A stretch of 20,551 nt of DNA from Octopus sinensis (taxonomy: Eukaryota), in the NCBI RefSeq assembly GCF_006345805.1, contig NW_021823991.1, positions 1-20,551 of the forward strand, in the 5' to 3' direction. The notes under the pieces are model-generated. The model did no database searches. It was given only the letters and a program-made list of their open reading frames with translations, and was not told the DNA's origin. Positions 1-8,541 of the stretch are shown here, piece by piece (the first letter of the stretch is position 1; the number at the start of each line of letters is the position of its first letter). Position numbers and translations under genes: made by a program.

Positions 1-186
1 CAAGGGAAGTTTTAGAAAAAATAAGCAATAGTTCTGAATTACTGAGAAGACAGAATTCCTTGCCTTTATCAAAAGGGATCGAAATTGAGAGAATCAACCA
101 ATCTAAATTAAATTGTTTATTGTGGTCGACATACATACATACATACTACATACATACATACAAACAAATGTATATGTATATATATA

Positions 187-216
<30 letters not shown>

Positions 217-217
<1 letters not shown>

Positions 218-582
218 TACTCTTTTACTCTTTTACTTGTTTCAGTAATTTGACTGTGGCCATGCTGGAGCATCGCCTTTAGTCTCGAGCAATTCGACCC
301 CGGGACTTATTCTTTGTAAGCCAGTACTTATTCTATCGGTCTCTTTTGCTGAACCGCTAAGATACGGGACGTAAATACACCACCATCGGTTGTCAAGAAA
401 TGGTGGGGGGGTGACAAAACAGACCACAAACATATACATACATACAGTATATATGTACATATATACGACGGACTTCTTCCAGTTTCCGTCTACCAAATCC
501 ACTCACGAGGCTTGGTCGGCCCGAGGCTATAGTAGAAGACAATTGCCCAAGGTGCCACGCAGTGGGAATGAACCAGGAACCA
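217..582 (-). mobile_element. tRNA-derived SINE, family A (abundant octopod-type SINE with internal microsatellite), 5' A-box region missing
   Basis: Minus strand reads TGGTTCCTGGTTCATTCCCACTGCGTGGCACCTTGGGCAA..GAGTGGATTTGGTAGACGGAAACTGGAAGAAGTCCGTCG-(micro)-..GGGGTCGAATTGCTCGAG..CCAGCATGGCCACAGTCAAATTACTGAAACAAGTAAAAGAGTAAAAGAG. Colinear with copies at 3911-4494, 13229-13703 and 15519-15852. Confidence 0.85.
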
Positions 583-594
583 TTATATATAATA

Positions 595-625
<31 letters not shown>
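583..625. repeat. (TA)n microsatellite at the 5' junction of the CR1 LINE
   Basis: Direct reading of an interrupted TA run. Confidence 0.95.
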
Positions 626-2244
626 GCAGTAGGCCCCGATAGGTTCCCTGCTTGTGTCCTGAAGGTGTGTCGACACCAACTTGCATCTCCCCTTGCTAAT
701 CTGTGGAGAAACTCACTGGCTATATTCCACAAAACCTTCTGTCCAGTCTGTTGTCCCAGTTTTCAAAAAGGGAAACAAGTCCCTGCAGTGAACTACCGTC
801 CGATCTCACTCACCTCTCATATCATGAAGGATTTGAGAGGGTGGTGAGATCTCGAATAACCCAATTTCTGGAAAGCAACAGACGGCTGATCTCCAACCAA
901 CATGGGTTCCGTAATGGAAGGGACTGCCTAACGCAGCTCCTGCATCACTTTGAGGACATTTTGAGAGCTTTGGGAGAGGGCTCCAACACCGATGTCATCT
1001 ATCTTGATTTCAGTAAGGCCTTCGACAGGGTCGATCACAAGATCCTATTGAAAAAACTATCCAACATTGGTTGTCTCTGGGAAAGTTACTGAAATGGATT
1101 CAAGGTTTCTGACAGACAGATCTCAACATGTTGTAGTTGAAGGGGTAAAATCAAGCCCAGCCAAAAAGTCGTAGTGGCGTTCCGCAAGGCACTGTGCTGG
1201 GCCCACTTCTTTTCATCATTTACATTAATGACATTAATGACATCATCAAGCACAGCAACATGAAAATTTTTGCAGATGATTCCAAGCTACAGAAGGTCAT
1301 AAATGAGGCGAGTGACCGGACAAGCTTTCAGTCAGATCTACTGGTTGTTATCCAATGGGCAGAAAAAGACAATATGCTGCTGAACGTGGATAAATTTGAG
1401 TTAATCCACTTTGGAAAAGAGGATGCCCTGAAACTCCCATACTCCCTTCCTTCAGGTGAAACTCTCGCGGCGTCCAACAACATCAGAGACTTGGGAGTAA
1501 TTGTGGACAACAACATAAGCTGGGCCACTCATATAAACACCAAAGTTGACATGGCCCGCAGAATGTGTTCCTGGATTCTCAGACTTTCCAGTCGAGAGAT
1601 ATCCACACCATTATCCTTCTCTTCTCCACTTTTGCCCGACCCCACCTTGAATACTGTTGTCCACTGTGGTCTCCCCACACAATACAAGGTATCATAAAAG
1701 TTGAAGCACCTCAAGGGCAATCACAAAAAATAGATGGCATGACAGGCCTCGACTATTGGGATCGACTAGAAAAGCTAAAACTTTATTCTCTCCAACGTCG
1801 TCGTGAGCGCTACAACATCATCTCATGATGTGGAAATATTCCATCAGCATTGCCCAAATGATGTTGGCATCACCTTAGGGTACATCCAAGGCTTGGGCCC
1901 CGTGCCATCCGCCCAAAACAAATCGCACTCTCATCTCATAACAACAATACGGCACAATTATTTCACCTCAATTGGCCCCGCTCTCTTTAAAATTACATTA
2001 CACCAAAACACATTAAAACAGAAACTGACCCTATAGGGTTCAAGAAGTCTTTGGACAGATTCCTTCAAGAAATCCCGGATAAACCCCCTACACCCGGATA
2101 TGTCTCTGTAAACAATAACTCTCTACTTGAGTGGGCCATAGTGCCCAAATTCTGACTTGAAGGACTTCACCAGGTGGTGCTATTAAGTTAGACATGGCCT
2201 GGGCCAATAATGGCCGAAACCTATCAAAGTATCAAAGTATCAAA

Positions 2245-2245
<1 letters not shown>
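626..2245 (+). mobile_element. CR1-group non-LTR retrotransposon, 5'-truncated: reverse transcriptase half of ORF2 (frameshifted), 3' UTR and (TATCAAAG)3 tail
   Basis: Frame-corrected translation gives AVGPD, VVPVFKKG, NYRPISLTS, NQHGFR, VIYLDFSKAFDRVDH, SGVPQGTVLGPLLFIIYIND, IFADDSK, RDLGV, RPHLEYCCPLWSP, LYSLQRRRERY and FKKSLDRFLQEIPD...KF* (TGA 2153-2155). The 8-mer tandem tail at 2222-2245 is typical of CR1-type 3' ends. Confidence 0.92.
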
Positions 2246-2284
<39 letters not shown>

Positions 2285-2320
2285 ATATAATATATATATA
2301 TATATGTATATAATATATTT
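2246..2320. repeat. (TA)n microsatellite at the 3' junction of the CR1 LINE
   Basis: Direct reading. Confidence 0.95.
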
Positions 2321-2370
2321 AAAAGATTATTTACGTATACTTATTAATTATTTTATTATTGTAGTTTATT

Positions 2371-2465
2371 TTTAACCTGATGAGTTGCTATAATTATATC
2401 GAAGTAATTTTACTACTACTATTAATTTTTTCACTATAATCATTTTTTAATATAGCCACGAAACA
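2371..2465 (+). ncRNA. Type I hammerhead ribozyme 5' portion (stem I 5' strand, CUGAUGA core, long stem II, GAAAC), broken by (TA)n after GAAACA
   Basis: TAAC(2373-76)-CTGATGA(2377-83)-GTTGCTATA(2384-92)..58 nt..TATAGCCAC(2451-59)-GAAAC(2460-64). Stem II pairs 8/9. The missing 3' part (ACGT-GTC-GTTA) is present in the downstream repeat copies at 2834-2844 and 3395-3405. Confidence 0.6.
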
Positions 2466-2470
2466 TATAT

Positions 2471-2545
<75 letters not shown>

Positions 2546-3023
2546 TATATTATATTATATTTTGTGAAATTTGATTTAGTACTTCTAAATTGAATTTTTC
2601 CCTGTAAGTTAGGAATAATATTCCTCAAAGTGTTAGTATTATATATATATATATACAGACATATATATATACACACACATACACGTAAATATATATATAG
2701 CATACACACATATATATGCATGTACGTGTGTGTGTGTATGTATTCTATTCTTTAATTGTTTCAGTCATTTGACTGCTGCCATGCTGGAGCACGGCCTTCA
2801 GTCGAACAAATCATTTTTTAATATAGCACGAACACGTGTCGTTATTCTACCAAATTATTGGTTTTATTTATTATTTAGCACATTACTTAATCATCGGTCC
2901 ATTATTATTTTATATTAATATTTCTATGATATGTATTTTTCTAGATGGTGTAATTTTAGTTTTCGTTTTGAATGATAAAGGTGGATTTTTTTCTAATTTA
3001 TACACACACACACACACACATAA

Positions 3024-3094
<71 letters not shown>

Positions 3095-3565
3095 TATATT
3101 ATATTATATTTTGTGTGAAATTTGATTTAGTAGTACTTCTAAATTGAATTTTTCCCTGTAAGTTAGGAATAATATTCCCTCAAAGTGTTAGTATATATAT
3201 ATATATATATACAGACATATATATATACACACACATACACGTAAATATATATATATGCATACAAACATATATATGCATGTACGTGTGTGTGTGTATGTAT
3301 TCTATTCTTTAATTTGTTTCAGTCATTTGACTGCTGCCATGCTGGAGCACGGCCTTCAGTCGAACAAATCATTTTTTAATATAGCCACCGAAACACGTGT
3401 CGTTATTCTACCAAATATATTGGTTTTATTTATTATTTCGCACATTACTTAATCATCGGTACATTATTATTTTATATTTAATATTTCTATGATATGTATT
3501 TTTCTAGATGGTGTAATTTTAGTTTTCGTTTTGAATTGATAAAAGGTGGATTTTTTTCTAATTAT

Positions 3566-3601
<36 letters not shown>

Positions 3602-3602
3602 G

Positions 3603-3680
<78 letters not shown>

Positions 3681-3771
3681 TATATTAAATTATATTTTGT
3701 GAAATTTGATTTAGTACTTCTAAATTGAATTTTCCCCTGTAAGTTAGGAATAATATTCCCTCAAAGTATTA

Positions 3772-3816
<45 letters not shown>

Positions 3817-3981
3817 ATATATACAGACATATATATATACACACACATACACGTAAATATATATATATGCATACACACATATATATGCATGTACGTGTGT
3901 GTGTGTATGTATTCTATTCTTTAATTTGTTTCAGTCATTTGACTGCTGCCATGCTGGAGCACGGCCTTCAGTCGAACAAAT
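2438..3981 (+). repeat. Tandem triplication of a composite unit (PLE-terminal-repeat-like AT-rich module + TA/CA microsatellites + SINE family A 3' tail)
   Basis: AATCATTTTTTAATATAGC recurs at about 2438, 2809 and 3367. TTTCCCTGTAAGTTAGGAATAATATTCC recurs near 2598, 3151 and 3732. TCAGTCATTTGACTGCTGCCATGCTGGAGCACGGCC recurs near 2761, 3319 and 3931. The first unit lacks about 190 nt. Confidence 0.9.
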
Positions 3982-4269
3982 CGACCCAAGAACTTATTAT
4001 TTGTAAGCCTAGCACTTATCCTATGGGTGTCTTTTGCCGAACCGTTAAGTTACCAGGACCCACGAACATCGGTTGCCACACGATGTTGGGAGGACAAATA
4101 TAGACACACAAACATACACACACACACACATGCACACTCACAGACACAGACACAGACACACACACCACACACACACCACATGTATATATATTATATGAGT
4201 GGATTTGGTAGATGGGAACTGAAAGAACTGCCGAGTGGATTGGTAGATGGAAACTGAAAGAACCTGCCG

Positions 4270-4333
<64 letters not shown>

Positions 4334-4494
4334 GGTAGTTTTCTTTCAGTCCCATCTACCAAATCCACTCACAAGTTTTTGGTCAGACAGAGGTTGTAGT
4401 AGAAGACACTTGCCCAAGGTGTCACGCAGTGGGACTGAACCAGGAACCATGTGGTTCCTAAGTAAGCTACGTATCACATAGACACTCCTGCGCC
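3911..4494 (-). mobile_element. Full-length tRNA-derived SINE family A with expanded internal microsatellite
   Basis: Minus 5' end GGCGCAGGAGTGTCTATGTGATACG (degenerate A box), GGTTCAGTCCC (B box), CACCTTGGGCAAGTG motif, 3' end AAATGACTGAAACAAA. Confidence 0.9.
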
Positions 4495-4521
4495 TGTATA
4501 TAAATATATATAAGTATATAT

Positions 4522-4539
4522 ACATACATACATATATAC

Positions 4540-4590
<51 letters not shown>

Positions 4591-5002
4591 CATACACGTG
4601 TATGTATGCTATACATTACATATATGGTATCTGCATATTTACATATAAATATGTGTGTGTATGTGCGTATCCAAGTATTTTCTTTTATTTACCTGCAGTG
4701 AGAACATGGCACGCCTAGAAACACACATATACATAAATATATGCGTGCATACATATAGATATAATACACAGACATACATATATATATGTGTGTGTGTGTA
4801 TATATATATATATACATACACGTGTATATATGCTATACATTACATATATGGTATCTGCATATTTACATATAAATATGTGTGTGTATGTGCGTATCCAAGT
4901 ATTTTCCTTTATTTACCTGCAGTGAGAACATGGCACGCCTAGAAACACACATATACATAAATATATGCGTGCACACATATAGATATAATACACAGACATA
5001 CA
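4522..5002. repeat. Tandem duplication, period about 224 bp
   Basis: CATACACGTG starts at 4591 and 4815. CCTGCAGTGAGAACATGGCACGCCTAGAAAC occurs twice. GACATACA lies at 4771 and 4995. Confidence 0.9.
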
Positions 5003-5707
5003 CACAGAACGTTTACTGCTATAACTGTTGTCAGGATTTAGCATTTGTCGATGTGATTAAATAACAGAACGGATTATGTGTAGGGTTTACAACACACACA
5101 CGCAAATGCATAGACACATATACATACATTCGTAGACTCACATATACACATACATATTCTTATCTCGAAATAGACACACGCACACACAAACTCTTATCTC
5201 AAAATTTAACGTCTCCAAGTCTCATAACATCAATATAAATAGACAAAATTCAACACATTTCTTTATTCGTTTGCTGTTCTTTGAACTCACTGAACGTGGA
5301 AGATATTCCTGACAGAAAAACTCTTCAGATTCCAACTGAAAAAAATTAATTATTCAGGTAGATATTCTTCTTCTATTGGTTTTAATTAACACAATATTTT
5401 CTTACTCTTTAATATTGTCAAAGTTTCATTATAACAATTTCCAACGCAAACATACTTTTATATGGAAATTCGTTTTATTTTCAGAGAGTATTTTATATAT
5501 CATTAATATTTCCAGGATATAATATAAGGTATAGTTTGCTTATATCTGTGGAAAAGCTATTTGATGGAATTTAGTCACAATATTCATCTAATTACACAGT
5601 ATTTTCGAAAATATAAGGACAGATTGTGTGACGTTTAGCCAGCAGGAGATGTTGTCTCCTGGGGCTAAACGGTAGTAGCATTTGTCCCAACCGAGATCGC
5701 CAAACTG

Positions 5708-5716
5708 TTATATATA

Positions 5717-5787
<71 letters not shown>
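5708..5787. repeat. (TA)n microsatellite
   Basis: Direct reading. Confidence 0.95.
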
Positions 5788-5788
<1 letters not shown>

Positions 5789-5887
5789 TACTAACAATAT
5801 AGGATGGAGTCCCTTTCTCTACAGAAAAGGAATCCATCAGAAAGCGTGGCAGTATATTAAAAAAACCGTTACGGTTGAAGTATAAAC

Positions 5888-6103
5888 ATCATATAATTAA
5901 GGGCTAAAGAAGATTATTCTAAAGCCAATACACTGATTTATCCACTTATAATCCACTTGTTACAGGAAAATTGAAACTGAAAACGGGCAACTAACCTTTA
6001 GAAAATTTTAATTTCGTTATCTCTATATTGAATCAATTTCGGAATATAAGTGGATAAATCAGTGTATTGGCTTTAGAATAATCTTCTTTAGCCCTTAATT
6101 ATA

Positions 6104-6107
<4 letters not shown>
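5888..6107. repeat. Perfect 63-bp inverted repeat (5888-5950 / 6045-6107), 94-nt spacer, abutting (TA)n; probable PLE-type terminal fold-back
   Basis: The left arm ATCATATAATTAAGGGCTAAAG...TCCACTTATA is the exact reverse complement of 6045-6107 by manual comparison. The PLE attribution is inference from a hammerhead-like core on the minus strand. Confidence 0.85.
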
Positions 6108-6150
<43 letters not shown>

Positions 6151-6157
<7 letters not shown>

Positions 6158-6615
6158 TTAGAGATAAAACCACTATTAGGCAAATCAAACAATGAAAAAC
6201 ATAAGCCAATACATAAAATTAATTAATTAATATTTTTTTTTAAATATATCAAAAGTATTAAAAGTTTAATAAAAGATAACGAGGCCAGTCGGGGTGGCGC
6301 TGGCAACGGCCACATTCGGATGGTTCTCTTACGTGCCACCGGCACTGGTATCTCAGCTGCAATTTCCATTGATCGATTTCGATTCTGATTCTCACTATCT
6401 TTTATTATACTTTTAATACTTTTGATATATTTTTATTATAATATAAATTAATTAATTTTATGTATTGGCTTATGTTTTTCATTGTTTGATTTGCCTAATA
6501 GTGGTTTTATCTCTAATTTAATATAATTTAATATAATATATTTATACTATAAAATTGGATTTACTCCTAAATCTGATTTTTCCCTGTAAGTTTGGATTTA
6601 TTCCCTAATATTTTA
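6151..6615. mobile_element. PLE-terminal-repeat-like module with about 128-bp inverted arms (6151-6279 / 6396-6523)
   Basis: The arms are near-perfect reverse complements. The right arm continues into GATTTACTCCTAAATCTGATTTTTCCCTGTAAGTTTGGATTTATTCCC, homologous to the end of the hammerhead-bearing unit (GATTTAGTACTTCTAAATTGAATTTTTCCCTGTAAGTTAGGA). Confidence 0.55.
6281..6395 (-). mobile_element. Fragment of an RTE-type 3' UTR repeat, between the inverted arms
   Basis: The reverse complement matches 18180-18292 of this window (GATACCAGTGCCGGTGGCACGTAA(A/G)AGAACCATCCGAA..TGGCCGTTGCCAGCGCC). Confidence 0.8.
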
Positions 6616-7106
6616 TATATATATATATATATATGAACATGTGTTGCAAGATTCCTGGTTTGAAACCATGAGTTTGAAACAGGTATTGTTGTATTTCGGG
6701 ATGGTCATTATTATATTTTAGGGGCTAATTAAACAGTCGAACTATTTATTCGTTCTTCACTCCACGGAATGAGCAGAAAAGGAGCACACATGGGGGGGAG
6801 TGTCGCTGAAGAGGCCACAGATGTGTGACGAAGGATTTCCTGACAATGGACCTGAGTTAAAATAAGAACATTAATAAACGAGTAAAGAGAACGAATATAT
6901 AGAGCATATGTTTATTTGGCAAAAATGACCGAAATACCACAATACATATATATTGTGAGATTCCGATGGTTTTGGAGCTTTGGCTCTGATTTTAGCAAGT
7001 GGTATTATATACCCTACTGAATCTAAATTTAGCTTATAATGTGCCAGTAACCGTGTGAACTTGCTAGCCACCTTATTATTACCTTATTAATATCATTAAC
7101 AACAGA

Positions 7107-7262
7107 GGGCGGCGAGCAAGCAGAAACGTTAGCACGTCGGGCGAAATGCTTAGCGATATTTCGTTTGTCTTTACATTCTGAGTTTAAATTCAGCCGAGGT
7201 CAACTTTGCCTTTCATCCTGCCGTGGTCGATAAATTAATTACCAGTTGCATACTGGGGTCGA
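7107..7262 (+). mobile_element. tRNA-derived SINE family B (Deu/Nin-domain type, OR-like), 3'-truncated
   Basis: A-box region GGCGGCGAGCAAGCAGAA, B box GAGTTTAAATTC (7180-91), then GCCTTTCATCC..GGTCGATAAATTAATTACCAG, resembling the Deu/Nin domain core as recalled. Confidence 0.8.
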
Positions 7263-7301
7263 AATTCTCAATGTCTAAACTGATACTAGTAAGATATAGA
7301 A

Positions 7302-7472
7302 TGTTATGCAAACAACGTTGATATAAAGAACATACGCATTAGACAGGAAGAGGAAAACAGAGAACGACCTTTCGGAATAACGTACAGGCCTATGACTAAA
7401 AATTAGTTTTTTTCATCCAGGATTTACTGGTTATACATTACAATTAAAGAAACTAATGTTTGAAAATACACA
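7302..7472 (+). mobile_element. Possible degenerate 5' LTR of the gypsy fragment
   Basis: Starts TGTTA, contains GATATAAAG and ATTAAAG, ends near ..AATACACA just upstream of the gag ATG. There is no second LTR in the window for confirmation. Confidence 0.25.
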
Positions 7473-7532
7473 ACTGGGAAACGTTGCAGAGCAGTCTATG
7501 GAGAAAGAAACTTGCGAAAAGACGTGAACGAT

Positions 7533-8541
7533 ATGGAAAGATACTTGAAATCTGACAGATTGAATACAAACTGAAATTCTATAAATGCTGATAAAGTTTT
7601 TAATCACTGGTTTAGAACTTTCACCAACTTTATAGACTCACTACCAGGGCAGGAAGGTAGGGTTATCGATAAACTCAATCTTTTGATTAATTATGTGGAA
7701 CCGAACGTATACGAATTCATCAGTGAAGCTAAGAACTACGAACAAGCTGTGGATACACTAAAGAGTGTGTACATTGAACCAAAGAACATCGTAATGGCAC
7801 GCCATCTTTTAGCCACAAGAAAACAGAAACTAGGGGAATCTCTTGACCAGTTCTTAAATGAACTCAAAATATTGCAGTGAGTGCTGAGCAGTACCGGTCT
7901 GAAATGATTCGAGATGCATTTATAAATGGGCTCACTTCGAATCAAATACGACAAAGACTATTAGAAAACAAAAGTGTCGACATCAGTACAGCTTATGATC
8001 AAGCACGTTCCCTAGATGTGGTGCAACAGAGTTCCTGTGTCTTTCTAAACTCTGAGGGTGCCAAATTCAGTCCAACTGCATCCATTGTAGCTAAGCCAAT
8101 AGATTCCCCAAAGCAGGGAGGAGACCCCTGTCAATGTTGGCTTTGTGGTTATTCCAGACATCCGTGGACTCACTGCTCTGCGCGGAAAGCAGTCTGTCAT
8201 AAATGCCCAAAGTAGGGTATTTTGGAAAGCTATGTAGGAGCACCGCAGCAACTGTAACACAGGATGATGGTAAAAATTATTTGCCATTGGCAGTATCAGC
8301 ATCAGCAGGTTCACACTTCCGAGTAACCTTCAAGGTTATACTGAACAATAGCTATAAAGCCGAAGCATTAATTGATAGCGGTAGCACTGACAAGAGCTTC
8401 ATTAGTGAGAAGCTAGAGAACACACTCGACATTATCACGGTCAAATTGAAGAGCGTCATTGGTATGGCTTCTGCATCACTTTCTGCGGAATCTAAGGGAT
8501 ACTGCACTGTTTCACTAACCCACAATAATCAGAAATACTAC
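7533..8541 (+). mobile_element. gag: Ty3/gypsy (Mag-like) LTR retrotransposon remnant: gag with two zinc knuckles plus aspartic protease (pseudogenised)
   Basis: From ATG 7533: MERYLKSDRL..*..FNHWFRTF..KLNLLINYV..ARHLLATRKQ..GESLDQFL..IRDAFINGL..IRQRLLE. Knuckle CWLCGYSRHPWTHC (8135-8176) and a degenerate second knuckle CHKC.KVGYFGKLC. Protease LIDSGST (8368-8388). Stop at 7572 and several frameshifts. Confidence 0.88.

Noticed and set aside
2438-3981. Functional retrozyme tandem array
   Set aside because: The repeated unit lacks the CTGATGA core, so unit-length self-cleavage and circularisation are not supported.
5803-5845. Hammerhead on the minus strand at CTGATGGA plus hairpin
   Set aside because: The core reads CTGATGG rather than CTGANGA and no GAAA follows the stem.
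60-5885. Many short IYIY/HTHT/CVCV ORFs
   Set aside because: They are artefacts of stop-free (TA)n and (CA)n frames.
7480-7495. Primer-binding site for initiator tRNA-Met (CGTTGCAGAGC vs TGGTAGCAGAG)
   Set aside because: The obligatory TGG is missing and the match is too degenerate.
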